From Hyaloraphidium curvatum SAG 235-1 (Eukaryota > Fungi > Monoblepharomycota), in contig JAIVFI010000020.1 in the NCBI GenBank assembly GCA_025558095.1, forward strand, positions 558,001 to 622,000: DNA of 64,000 bases, written 5' to 3'. Under the pieces are notes generated by a model. The model had not been told where the DNA came from, made no database searches, and was given only the letters and a program-made list of their open reading frames with translations. A program made the translations under genes and the position numbers. The stretch's first letter is position 1. Every line of letters starts with the position of its first letter. Shown here one piece after another: positions 1 to 10,727 of the stretch.

Positions 1-70
1 CCTCGTGTTCTCGCGATCGACGCGGTCTTTACTGGCAGGGACCGTGGTCCCCCTGCCTCCACCTCCCACA

Positions 71-1063
71 ATGCAGGCCGACGGCGCGCCCGGACCGCCG
101 CCGCTGCTAACTCCCCGGCTGTCTCTGCGGCGATGGACGGACGCCGACGTGCCCGATTTGGTGGACGTCGACGACGACGCGCGGTGGCGCGAACGGGACC
201 CGCGGGACGACCCCACGCTGGTGATCCGCGACCGCGCTTCGGGCGCGTTCCTCGGCTGGATATCCCTCGCGCCCTTCCCTCCGCGGCCGGGCCAGTGGGA
301 ACTCGGGTTCCGCCTGCGGGAGGAGCACTGGGGCAGGGGATACGCGACCGAGGCGGGCGGGGCCGTGCTGCGGTGGGCGTGGACGCGTCCCGAGATCGAC
401 GCCGTGTTCGGGGTCCACGACCCCGGCAACCCGGCGTGCAGGAGGGTGATGCTAAAGCTGGGCATGGCGGACGGCGAGGGGCTCGTCGAGTACCCCGGCG
501 AGGACTTTGGAACGTTTCCGTACTGCGTGATTTCGAGGGAGGCGGCGCTCGCACGGACTGCTGCTGGCATGCTGGATGGACAGCCAGGCGCTGCAACCGA
601 TTCCCAAAACGAGGGACGCCCGCGCGTCTGCAGCGTCGCCGCCGCACCCCTTTCGCCTTCCAGGCCAACGGCCCTCCGCCCCGAAAAGTTCGCCGGCCGC
701 ACCGAACGCCGCCTCGCCGCGCACCTTGGCCTCACCCAGTTCGGCGCCAACGCCGTGGACCTCGCCCCCGGCGCGTGGTCCTCCCTCGCGCACTGGCACG
801 AACGGGAGGACGAGTTCGCTCTCGTCCTGGCCGGGACGGTGGTGCTCGTTGACGGGTCGGGGGAGAGGACGCTGCGGGCCGGGGACTGCGCGGGGTTCCC
901 GGCGGGCCTGGCGTCTCCGCACAGGTTCGAGAACAGGGCGGGGAAGGGGGCGAGGCTGCTGGTGGTCGGGACGAGGCACAGGGGGAGGGAGGTGATACAT
1001 TACCCGGAGGACTTTGCGGAGCCGGTCGTGGTGCTCAGGGACGGGGAGGGCAGGCGGATCTAG
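71..1063 (+). CDS. RimJ/RimL-type GNAT acetyltransferase fused to a C-terminal cupin (COG3837-like); intronless
   Basis: N-half: LLTPRLSLRRW...ELGFRLREEHWGRGYATEA...HDPGNPACRRVMLKLGM (Acetyltransf_3). C-half: LGLTQFGANAVDLAPGAWSSLAHWHEREDEFALVLAG...GDCAGFPAG...HRFENR (cupin). ATG at 71 in CACAATG context. Confidence 0.85.
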   Translation: MQADGAPGPPPLLTPRLSLRRWTDADVPDLVDVDDDARWRERDPRDDPTLVIRDRASGAFLGWISLAPFPPRPGQWELGFRLREEHWGRGYATEAGGAVLRWAWTRPEIDAVFGVHDPGNPACRRVMLKLGMADGEGLVEYPGEDFGTFPYCVISREAALARTAAGMLDGQPGAATDSQNEGRPRVCSVAAAPLSPSRPTALRPEKFAGRTERRLAAHLGLTQFGANAVDLAPGAWSSLAHWHEREDEFALVLAGTVVLVDGSGERTLRAGDCAGFPAGLASPHRFENRAGKGARLLVVGTRHRGREVIHYPEDFAEPVVVLRDGEGRRI

Positions 1064-1117
1064 TTGTTGAGCAGGCTTTCTTTGTCAGCAAGTGTGAAAT
1101 GTCTTTGCAACACGGTA

Positions 1118-1933
1118 TCAGAAGATGCCATCGATGAACGGGATCACGGCCTCGAGGAAGGCGTCCGGGTCCTCGGCGAACACGCAGTGCCCCGTCGCGA
1201 GCTCGGCGTACTCGGCGCCGGGCATCGCCGCGCGCGCCTGCGCCCCGTCGGACTTGGGGGCAATCACGGGATCGTACTTCCCAAAGACGAGCAGGGTCTT
1301 TGCCGTGATCGCCTTTGCGACATCCCGCACGTCGTTGGAGGGCTCCGCGAACGCGCGCCACGCAGCCCGGACGGCGGTGACGACCTCGGGCGCCGAGTGC
1401 TGCTCCTTGTACCGCAGCAGCAGCTCCTGGGCGTACTTGCCCTCCTGCTTCTTGGTGCAGAACCAGCCGAACGTGGCCGGCGACGGCGCGAGCGGCGACG
1501 CCATGAGCCTGCAGAAGGCCCGCGTCGCGAAGCCGTGGTCCGTGAACCCCCCCGGCGACACAAGGACGAGCCCCCTGACCCTGCCGGGCTCCTCGGCCGC
1601 GAGCCGCACCGCCGCGTTGGCGCCCAACGAGTTGCCGACGAGCACGGTGGGCGGCTGCGCCGTCTCGCGGACGAAGGCGCGGAGCACCGCCGCCGCGAGC
1701 TCCGGGCCCGCTTTGCCCGGGTCCGCCAAGGTGCCCTCGCCGTAGCCCGGGAACGCGAGCAGCACCACGCGGTACCGCGCGGCGAGGCGCCGGAGCACGC
1801 CGTCAAAGTCGCGGGGCGACCCGGGGTTGGCGTGCAGCAGGATGAGCGTCTTTTCGGCCGACGGGGGCCCGTGCACGGCGAAGCGGACCTCCTGGCCGCC
1901 CAGCGCGGCGAGCTTGACGGTCTGCTCGGTCAT
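1118..1933 (-). CDS. alpha/beta-hydrolase fold protein, intronless
   Basis: LILLHANPGS, LAFPGYG, nucleophile elbow VGNSLGA, FGKYDPVI, TGHCVFAEDP; start MTEQTVK at 1933. Confidence 0.9.
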   Translation of the reverse strand: MTEQTVKLAALGGQEVRFAVHGPPSAEKTLILLHANPGSPRDFDGVLRRLAARYRVVLLAFPGYGEGTLADPGKAGPELAAAVLRAFVRETAQPPTVLVGNSLGANAAVRLAAEEPGRVRGLVLVSPGGFTDHGFATRAFCRLMASPLAPSPATFGWFCTKKQEGKYAQELLLRYKEQHSAPEVVTAVRAAWRAFAEPSNDVRDVAKAITAKTLLVFGKYDPVIAPKSDGAQARAAMPGAEYAELATGHCVFAEDPDAFLEAVIPFIDGIF

Positions 1934-2188
1934 GGTGCCGACCTGTTTGGCGAGCAGCTTCGGCCGGCCAAATGGGCGATAAAACTTGTGCGGCGAGACC
2001 CGCGTAATTCGCAAATCCCCGCCCTCACTCGCCTCACTCCTAACGGTCTAGGAGCACTCAGATCCTGCTTCCGTCGACGCTATGTCTTGGCGGCTGTCTT
2101 TGCATTCTAATCTAGTACTGATCTAGTAGTATCTAGTGATTCTCAAAGTCTGCCATTCCTCCTCACTTCTGCTTCCGGTGCCCTCTTT

Positions 2189-3407
2189 TCAGATTCCTTT
2201 CGGTTCGATCTGGATGCCCGGCATCACGACCTCGCAGGATTGCCCACTCAGCCTCCAGTTGCAGTACTGGTCCGCATTGGGTCCCTTGCAGCACCGTACG
2301 CAGTAGTTCCTGTAGGTCGGCCCAATCATCTCCACGTACCGATCGTACCCCGCGCAACCCGATCCCCTCGGGCTCCCCCTCAGATCCGGGGCCGCGGGAT
2401 CCGCGATCCCGTCCGAATCGAACTGGCCCCCCGAATCCCCCGGGAACAGGGGCACGGCCGCAGCGTCGAACCCGCCCCCCATCTGCACCCACTCGTCACC
2501 TCCTTCCGCTCCGCCGGTCGAGAAATGCGACGTGACGATCGCGCCGGACGGCATCGCCCGGAGCCGGCCCCCGGACAGGGCGACCATGGCCGGGGAACAG
2601 CGGATCGAGGCCGTCTGCTCGGACTCGCCGAGGGGGCGCGAGGTGTCGTCGGGCATCATGAGGCACCAGTGCTCGGCGGAAATGAGGCGCAGGTGGTTGG
2701 GGAGGTAGGTGGGATCGAGGAGTTCCGGGGGAACGGGGGAATCCGGCGGGGGTGATGGTGGCGCTTCCGTCGGGGGCGCTGGTGAAGTGGTGGTGGTGGT
2801 TTGAATCGCAGCAGGTGTTTCTGTGGTCGTCGGGCTCGTCGTGGTCGAGAAGCCCGAAGCAGTGCCGGGAAGATCTGGAGGCGGCGCCTCAGCACCCGGC
2901 CCCGCTTCACGTGATCCCATCCCCCAACTCACCCCCGGCCCCGTCACCCGATCCTGCCTCTCCGAAGCAAACGGCAGCATCGGCGCACTTTGCCCTATAG
3001 CAGCACCCGCTCTGGCACTGCGCGGGCGTCGAAGCCCTGCAGAACGCGCCCAAGCCACCCGGCCGCCTCCTCGCCGCGCACGCGTCCGCGGGCGCGCACA
3101 GCCCGCCGCGGCAGCATCCGGCCGCGCATTCCGTCGAATTAGTGCAGGTCGAGTTGAGGGGTTTGCCGGCGGGGGGATTCGTCTCGCGCTCGACGGCGGC
3201 GGCGAGCGCGGCGGCGTCGGCCCGGGCACGCCCGACGAGGCACAGGAGCGGTTGGGCCTGGCACGCGCCTGCTATGCAGCACGTTTCAGGGCAATGCTTG
3301 TCACAGGGCAGGTAGTCGGTCTCGATGGCGTTGCGCAGCGCAGGGAGCGCGTCTGCCGGGAGTGGCAGCAGGAGGAGGGGCAGCAAGAAGAGGCAAAGGA
3401 GGGCCAT
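2189..3407 (-). CDS. secreted Cys-rich protein: signal peptide, three CC-containing mini-repeats, Thr/Pro linker, C-terminal fungal Cys-rich domain; one intron (2875-2932)
   Basis: MALLCLFLLPLLLLPLPADA signal; C-x5-C-x3-CC-x4-C-like repeats; phase-1 intron GTGAGT...GCTGAG...CCAG joins ORF 2907-3440 to ORF 2189-3229; C-domain HWCLMMP...GGQFD...GCAGYDRYVE...YCVRCC...C. Confidence 0.75.
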
Positions 3408-3886
3408 GGCGCGGCGCAGGTATCTCGAATCCCCGGCCAATTAGGCCTCGCGAGAGCAGATGCTCGGCTCCCGGGTTTGTTTTGGGGAATCCGGTTGCGG
3501 CGGCGCGGACCGGTCTTCTGCTTTGGAAAAGCGGCGGAGTTTTGGCGGCCCCGCCACCGGCCGGTTCCGAAAAGGTCAGGGACGATCCCCTCCGATCCTC
3601 GTCCCTTTCCTGTTTGCTCTTCTCTCTTTGGCTCTCTTTAAGCTTCGATCCTCGACGAAATCCTTCTCGTGGAGCTCCAGGAAAAGTGGCCGATCTCCGG
3701 CTCCGTCGCCGGCGCTGCACCTCGCAAGCTCGTGCCTGCCGCTGTCAGGCAGAAGCCTTGCCCGATATGGGTTCCTGCCCAGCAAAATGATCGCCCGAAT
3801 GCAATGCAGGACAAACATAGCAATCTCTTGTACATCAGTGTGCTGTGAGAGCCTGTTTTCCCGGGACCCGCCGCCTCCCGGTCCGA

Positions 3887-5295
3887 TCACTTCGTGATGA
3901 ACTCGCGGATCACCCGCGCCACCTCGTCCTTGGACGCCGGCTCCAGGTGCGGGTGGTGGCTGCCCTTGACTTTGACGATCTCGCAGCCGCCGCCGCGCTT
4001 GCGGAGGGCCTCGATCCGCTTGGTGAAGACGGGGTCGTCGTCCATGGTCAAGAAGAAGGGAGAGTCGAGGCCAATGACGATGAGGACGGGTGCTCTGTGG
4101 GCGTAGGGTGAAGAATTTCTTGTCAGAAACGGAATCCCTAACGCCCTAGCACCGCACCCACGTGATTGCCTCCATGTAGTGGATGACGGCCTCCTCGCTC
4201 CACCGGAACGGCGGCCTCAGCGTGAGCTTGACGTCGCTCCTCCAGCTCCACATGGTCCCCTTTGGCGTCTCCACCGTCTCCAGCCCCCTCTCGGCGAGCA
4301 GCCTGCTCGCCTCGACCGTCAGCGGCACGATGCCCTTTGTCGCCCGGACCACCGCCGCCTCCTCCACCGACGCGTACAGGGGCTTCCGCGAGGCGCCTTG
4401 GGAGTGGATCGCGCGCTGCCGCTTGACGTAGTCGACGAGGTGCTGCGTGTGGTTGTCGGAGGGGACGCCGATGGGGCCGAGGGACTCCACCAGGACAACG
4501 TGGGAGAAGAGGTTGGGGTAGGCGGCGGAGATGAGCATCGAGTTGTGGCCGCCCCTGGGAACGATGGGGATGTTAGACGCGGGCCCAGGGGGGTGACGGC
4601 GGGGGAGAACAAACATGCTGTGGCCGATGAGGACGATCTTCTTCTCGACCTTGCCCTCCATCAGCTGCGCCAGCGGTGGTGCCCAACCGATCGCCTCGAG
4701 GAAGGCAACAAAATCGTCCATATAATCGTAGAGGTAATATAGTTCCCTGGTGGGCCTGTGGGAAGAGTGTCCGTGCCCGGTCGAGTCCACCGAAACGATG
4801 CAGACTTTGGAGCCAGCCGGGACGCCGGGGATGACGGCTTCGGCAAAGGGCGCGTAGGAAGAGGAGCTGAGCGGCACCAATAACGAGAGAAGGAGAAAGA
4901 TTTGAAACCGCAAGAGCCGTTTTAAAGGTGTGGGAGGGAGGGAGGGAGGGAGGGAACATCGTCAGCGGACAAGCGCGGCACGACAACAGCGTTCCTCCCT
5001 ACTTGTCGAGCCAACCATGGAGGCAAAACACCCTGATCGCCTCGGTGTCGGCGACGTCCGCCCCCCAGACCTGGGCGGCAAGCGTGATCCCGTTCGGCAG
5101 CCGCGCCGAGAGCTCCCGCGCCTGCATCGGGTCCACGAAAGGCGACTCCGACACCATCTCTCCCGCAATCGCGGCCGCCGCCATCGCGATCGCGTCGTGG
5201 TGGGAGGGAATGGCCCCGGCCGGACCCGCTGGGCCGGCTCGCGCCAGGGACTTTTCGGGGGGATGGCCGTTCGCGGCGGGCTCGGCGGACGCCAT
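3887..5295 (-). CDS. serine hydrolase-like (SERHL-type) alpha/beta hydrolase, multi-exon
   Basis: RVFCLHGWLD(N), VDSTGHGHSSHRP, LIGHSM|GG, WRSDVKL; exons split by short GT-AG introns; stop TGA at 3887-3889. Confidence 0.85.
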
Positions 5296-6291
5296 CGCGC
5301 TCCGATCCGAGCAATCGAGGGAGAGGGAAAAAAGTCCGAGCCTCCAATAGGCGACGATTGCCGCGCACGGCGCGGGGAGACGTCGGAAGCTTCCCGCTTC
5401 TTCCGCGTGCTAAGGGACTGTCCGGCGAGTGACCAAGTGTTTGCCAGGACTCAATCGGGCTCGCTGCAGGGGGAGTCCACGGCGACTGGGAGGGCGGCCG
5501 GCGAAGGTAAGTAGTAAGTAGTCGGGTGGATGGCACGGCTCAGTGGCTCTACGAGATAGGAGGGTAGTTTTGGGGGCTTCACCCTGCCAACCCAACAAAA
5601 CCGACTCATCGGACCCGACATCGAAGCGACCGGGCCATTTCTCGCGCTGAACCGCGGCGAGTTGTTCCCCTGCGCGAGATTGGCTCAGTCCCAGACTCCG
5701 GTTGGCCAGATCGTGGCTGGGAAGATGTGGCCGGGAGTCTCTCGCGCCCGCTGTTCGTCAACGTCGAAATCCAGGGAACAGCGCGTGGACTCGGTGGATC
5801 TCTATTGCAATACACATGAGCCTCTCCAAATCCATTGGAGCAGGATGCACCATTGTGGGCCACAGTAGAGCTGTGGCAGGGGTGTAGAAGATTGTCGCGC
5901 CGCGGGGCCGAGCCCCACGGGCGGCGACGCCGCTCAGGTACGAGTGTGGGCTCGCGGGCCGCGCATCGGGGTTCCAGGAAGGGTCTTCGGTCATTGAACT
6001 CCGCTCCAATACACCGCGAATATGTATCCGTTGCGGCCCGAGCGCGGCCACGGTCCAACTTGGCCCGTGCTCGTGGCCCGTGCCCATGGTCCAAGCCCAT
6101 GAAGCCACTATCCAAATCCGCATCCGATGACGCCGCGTGGGCGAGGGCGTCCCATCTCCAACAAGGGGTACCCCACGCAGTTTTTGGGGGTTCGGTCTCC
6201 TCAGCCGACCAAGTGCGCGATCCGCATCCAGATCTCGCCCGCCAAACCTCGTATCATATTGTTAGTTACACATAGTCAACATTTTCAGCCA

Positions 6292-7896
6292 TCACCGGGT
6301 TGGGCAAATGACGTCCGCCGTCCCAACAACACCCGCTCCCCTCAGCAGCGTCCAAAGCGAAAACGCGACCGTCACGAGCGTCACCAGGACCCCCCGCGCA
6401 AACCCCGCGTCCACCGCGAACCCCAGCATCGTCGCCTTGCTGTTCTCGGCCGCGCGCGTGAGATCCTCGAGCACCCGGTCGTGGGCCGCCAGCACGTCCG
6501 CCGCGCCGGCGGTATCCGCGCGGGCCGCCCCGATTGCGGCTTCGCGCTTCGCACGGACGAGCATGCCCTTGGCCTCGTACGAGGCAGAGCGCAGGAGGGC
6601 CGCCACACGCTTGATCTGCTCGTTCGCGACGGCGAGGTGGAACAGGTTGAAGAGCAGGGCGTTGGAGATGAGGAGGAGCAGGGAGATTGAATAGAGCGTT
6701 ATGCAGGATCCACCTGCCTGGGATAGGAGAAGTGTGAGCAATCGAACGCGACCCGCGGCAGACCGCGCCGCACCCACGATGTTGAGGACGATGGGAACCA
6801 CTTCCTGCAGACCAAAGAGGGCGAGCGACGCTTGTCCGCTTTGAATCCAAAAGTGGCCACGTTCCCAGACGCGCGACAACCGGGTCACGAGCACCTCGAA
6901 AAGATCCTCTCTGGGCAGCTGCTCCCAGTCGACAGGGAACCCCGAAAAGAGCGCGTCGTGGTACCGGGCAAGGAAGTCGCGCAGGGCAAGGTAGAGGGAA
7001 CGGTGTTGCAACCGCAAGGAGAGGCGCAGGAGCGACACGCTGGATTGCGGCAGCACAAGGAAAGTGACCGGAGTGTGTACAAGGGTCGCAAGCAGGAGGA
7101 AGACGCCCAAAGCGGCCCAGCCGGAGCTCCAAAATAGGGGTGCAAACGTGACCAGCGCCGTCCAGCCAGTGAAGATGCATGCAGCGATCCCGAACGCAAT
7201 GTTGAGGACGACCGCGCCCATGTAGAGCCACCCTGTGGACAGAACGAGCCTGCCCGCGCACTCCGGGAGCGAACAGGGGCACAACGGATCCGCACGATCG
7301 TGCGTCACCAGGATGCTCCGGGTAGCCGAGGATCCAATGCCATGCTCGGCCGCCACGTCTTCCTTTTGATCGGCGCCGCTTGCGGCCGAGGAAATCTCTA
7401 TCAGCTGGAGATATCGCACCAGGCTGGCAAAGGGATGGGAATCAAACGCGCTCCCGCCCACCGACGACGGCAGAAGCGTCGATCCGGAAAGAAGCCGCCG
7501 GAAACCGTCGGCGGTGGAGTGGATCAGGATCAGCGCCGCGTGGGACAGCCCGAGCGCGGCCGTGCCAAAGGCCATCTGCCGCGCACCGAAAGTGCCGGCA
7601 CTATCGTTGAACAGCCACACGGGAATCAGGAGCAGGGCCGCGGCCACGGAAACCGAGCAGGCCCTGAACGCATACGAACGAGCGGCCCACGGCCCGAGAG
7701 CGAAGGAGAGTTTGGAGAACCCGCGCAGGACCGGGAGGCCGGAAAACGCGCGCGACACGGTGTCCGGCGACAGCGGTTCGGCGTCGCGGAGACCGGCCGC
7801 GGGATCCGCGGGCGCCGGAGTGGGTCCAATCTGCGCGGCGACGCCGAGGTCCGCGGGCAGCAGTGCGAGCCACTCGCGCTCCCGAAACGAGAGCAT
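6292..7896 (-). CDS. 7-TM membrane protein, gustatory-receptor-like (7TMIC/GRL/DUF3537-like) family, copy 1; in-frame intron 6718-6777
   Basis: About seven hydrophobic segments; HDRADPLCPCSLPECAG loop; C-terminus ATMLGFAVDAGFARGVLVTLVTVAFSLWTLLRGAG; paralogous to the 59-63.5 kb genes. The gene is well supported; the family assignment is an inference. Confidence 0.75.
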   Translation of the reverse strand: MLSFREREWLALLPADLGVAAQIGPTPAPADPAAGLRDAEPLSPDTVSRAFSGLPVLRGFSKLSFALGPWAARSYAFRACSVSVAAALLLIPVWLFNDSAGTFGARQMAFGTAALGLSHAALILIHSTADGFRRLLSGSTLLPSSVGGSAFDSHPFASLVRYLQLIEISSAASGADQKEDVAAEHGIGSSATRSILVTHDRADPLCPCSLPECAGRLVLSTGWLYMGAVVLNIAFGIAACIFTGWTALVTFAPLFWSSGWAALGVFLLLATLVHTPVTFLVLPQSSVSLLRLSLRLQHRSLYLALRDFLARYHDALFSGFPVDWEQLPREDLFEVLVTRLSRVWERGHFWIQSGQASLALFGLQEVVPIVLNIVGAARSAAGRVRLLTLLLSQAGGSCITLYSISLLLLISNALLFNLFHLAVANEQIKRVAALLRSASYEAKGMLVRAKREAAIGAARADTAGAADVLAAHDRVLEDLTRAAENSKATMLGFAVDAGFARGVLVTLVTVAFSLWTLLRGAGVVGTADVICPTR

Positions 7897-7963
7897 CGCG
7901 GCCGAATGTCAGCCCACGCACCCGCCGATCGACCAATGCAAGTCGTTGGACCATGGGAGCGGC

Positions 7964-8365
7964 ATGCCGTGGGCGCCGATTTGGTACCCGTCCCTGAACA
8001 GCGACGAGCGCCGCGGGATGTCCGGCCGCCTGTGGGCCGCCATCCCCGACGGCGCCACCGAAGTGCCCTTCGAAGACCTCGCAGCCCTCACCGACGTCTT
8101 TGGCAACCCTGCCGTCTGGGCCGGCGGGGAGCGGTTCCCCACGATGGACTTCCAGCTGCAAATCCGCAACTTGCCCGTCCCGACGGACGCACCGTTCCAG
8201 ATGCGCAGCTGGAGGGGGGCCACAACCCGCGGGAGGACGGATTGGCAGTGCGAGATTTGGAGCTCGGACGGGGAGAGGCTGCTGGCCGTCACGCGACAAA
8301 GCAACATCGTAGTCTCTACGGAAGCTTGGTCAACCGCGGGCGGCTCCAAGCGGGCGAAGATCTGA
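7964..8365 (+). pseudogene. C-terminal half of an acyl-CoA thioesterase-like (double HotDog) protein, probably 5'-truncated; ends in PTS1-like AKI
   Basis: DLAALTDVF...FPTMDFQLQIR...GRTDWQCEIWSSDGERLLAVTRQ; only ~130 aa and head-to-head with the 7-TM gene start ~70 bp away. Confidence 0.6.
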
Positions 8366-8523
8366 CCCTAGGTTGGGATGGTTAGACGCGTGGCATTTCA
8401 GAGAGAAGCGGGGACCGGGAGCAAATAGATCACCAAAGAGAGTCTCATCATTCGACTCGATCCTCCTTGCGGACGGCCACAACACCAAACACTGCTGTAA
8501 CCAGCCTTCTGCGAGTCCTGGCA

Positions 8524-9174
8524 ATGCGATTCCTGGACCGCGCCGACGCCGGGCGCCAGCTTGCCGCCCGCCTCGCCGACCTCCGCCTCGCTGATCCCGT
8601 CATCCTCGCGCTCCCCCGGGGCGGCGTCCCTGTCGCCCACGAGATCTGCCGGCAGCTGAACGCTCCGCTCGACCTCGTCATGGTGCGCAAGATCGGGGCG
8701 CCGGGCAACGAGGAGCTCGCGGCGGGTGCGGTCGTCGACGGGGACGCGCAAGAGCTTGTGCTCAACGAGGACGTGGTGGAGCTTTTCGGCATCAGCGAAC
8801 AGTACCTTCAGGGGGAAAAGGCACGCCAACTGGCCGAGATCGAGCGGAGGAGGCGCAGGTACCTCGGCGACCGGCCCAGAGTTTCGATCGCGGGGCGCAC
8901 CGTCGTAGTGGTCGACGACGGGATCGCGACGGGGGCTACTGTGCGGGCTGCCCTGCGTGCGGTGCGGAAGATGGGACCCAAGCAAGTAGTCTTCGCCGTT
9001 CCGGTCGCGGACGCTGAAGTGCTGGGATCGCTGGAGGGCGAGGCCGATCGGGTGGTCTGCGTGCACGTGCCGAAGCATCTGGGGGCCGTCGGCATGTCGT
9101 ACCGCAACTTCGAGCAGATGGAGGACGAGGAAGTGATCCGATTGATGGCGGTCAATCCTGCGCGTGCAGCTTAG
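8524..9174 (+). CDS. bacterial-type putative phosphoribosyltransferase (COG1926-like), intronless
   Basis: MRFLDRADAGRQLA...LALPRGGVPVA...VRKIGAPGNEELAAGAV...VVVVDDGIATGAT (PRPP-binding loop)...YRNFEQMEDEEV. Confidence 0.92.
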   Translation: MRFLDRADAGRQLAARLADLRLADPVILALPRGGVPVAHEICRQLNAPLDLVMVRKIGAPGNEELAAGAVVDGDAQELVLNEDVVELFGISEQYLQGEKARQLAEIERRRRRYLGDRPRVSIAGRTVVVVDDGIATGATVRAALRAVRKMGPKQVVFAVPVADAEVLGSLEGEADRVVCVHVPKHLGAVGMSYRNFEQMEDEEVIRLMAVNPARAA

Positions 9175-9362
9175 CCGGGAAAGACTCGGACGCTTGGGGG
9201 GGTCGGGGATGCACGGGTTCGGCGGCCGAGCATCCGGAGACGGGGAAGCCAAATGGGTAACAGTAGCTTTGCACACTGCTACGGAGGGCCGCAGCGCACT
9301 TTTTCTGTACATTAGTCATGATTGTTCGTAGATGTTACTCGGATCCCGTGGCCCCAAACCCC

Positions 9363-10302
9363 TCAGTGCGAGTTGATGAACCCCCCGTCGACGACGAACG
9401 ACTGCCCGCTCAGGTATGACCCCTCAGTCCCCGCCAGCAGCAGGCACACGTTGGAAACCTCCTCCGGAAACGCGAACCGCTTGATGTGCCAGCTGTTCAC
9501 CATCCCGTCCAGCGCGGGCGCGTGCTTGCCCGTCTCGCCGTCGACCCAGCCGATGGAGGCCGTCATATCGGTAACTGTGTTGGTCGGGTGAAGTGCATTG
9601 ACCCGTATCTTGAGGGGAGCACCGAGGCCCGCTGCGACCTTGCTGATGCCGCGGACGGCCCATTTGGAGCCGAACTGCGTGGAAAAGTGATGCGTTGGAA
9701 GCGGGGCTCGGGTCAGCGCCGTCAACGCGCAGTCACGTTGACATCCAACCCACGTAGCCCATGTGTGGCCCGAGGTTCGCTGCCATGATCCCCGCCCCCG
9801 ACGACACGGTGACGATGCTCTTCCACTCTTCCACATTGTTCTTCTTCATCGACGCCGCGGCCCACTTGAGCCCCATGACGACCCCAAACTCGTTCACCTC
9901 CGCGATTGTGCGGTACACCTTGACGTCCATCATGTCCAGCGTCTCCCCCGGCGCGTGGACCGGCCCCGCGATCCCGGCGTTCAGCACTGCCACGTCCAGC
10001 GGGCCGAACTTGTCCTCGATCTCGCCAACGGCGCGCTCCCACTGCTCCTCCGAGGTCACATCCAACGGGATCCAAATGGCCGTGCCGGCGCCATGCATCG
10101 CATCGAGCTCGGCGACCCTCGCGCGGCCCTCCTTCTCCTTGTTGGATACGTCGCTGATGATGATCTTGGCGCCCTCACGGGCAAAGACGCGGGCGTGCGA
10201 GTAGCCCATGCCCTTTGCCGCGGAGGAGCCGGTGATGAGCGAGACACGGCCGCGGCCGGTCGAGGCGTTGACCATGCGGAGGAAGCGCGTGGAAGCGGAC
10301 AT
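9363..10302 (-). CDS. short-chain dehydrogenase/reductase (3alpha,20beta-HSD-like), one intron (~9.66-9.75 kb)
   Basis: ITGSSAAKGMG, LDVTSEEQW, LNAGI, VSS, Y-x3-K split by intron (MGY|..SKWAVRG), IRVNALHP, YLSGQSFVVDGG. Confidence 0.9.
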
Positions 10303-10727
10303 GGTGGCGAGGACGAGGCGGTACGGCAACGAATCGGTGGCTCGGGCTTTGGGAGACAGATGTGCGGGGGTTTGAGAGGTATGGGTGCCGTGCGCGCCGT
10401 GCCTAGCTAGCGCCGGCCGCCCCTCGCGCATAGATGATGACTCTTCTCGCGATGCACCACGGAAATGGGACGGAAGAGTGTCGGCGACGAATCGACGAGC
10501 AAGGTATCCGCCTGATGGCGGCGCATCCTGCGCTTGCGGTTTGGCGACAATATCTCTTTTGGCTTATGTCGCGCCGAAAAGTTAAAGGTCGTGCGCTGCC
10601 TTTAGCTTGAGTAGGAGTTGAGTCGATATCGGTTTCCGCCTCGGTTGCGCTCCGACCTGCGTTTGTCGGAAGACCAACGTGCTGTTGAGACCGGTGCGAA
10701 TTGTGTGACGTGTCGCAACCCTCAAAC

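Noticed and set aside
2110-2138. TCTAGT x3 as a possible Helitron 3' end
   Set aside because: No subterminal hairpin or Rep/helicase seen; probably 3'-UTR microrepeat.
5400-6280. ORFs of 120-170 aa between the SERHL-like and 7-TM genes
   Set aside because: No recognisable protein features in any frame.
1-9200. Prokaryotic origin of the window
   Set aside because: Bacterial-like genes are interleaved with spliceosomal-intron genes and eukaryote-specific families.
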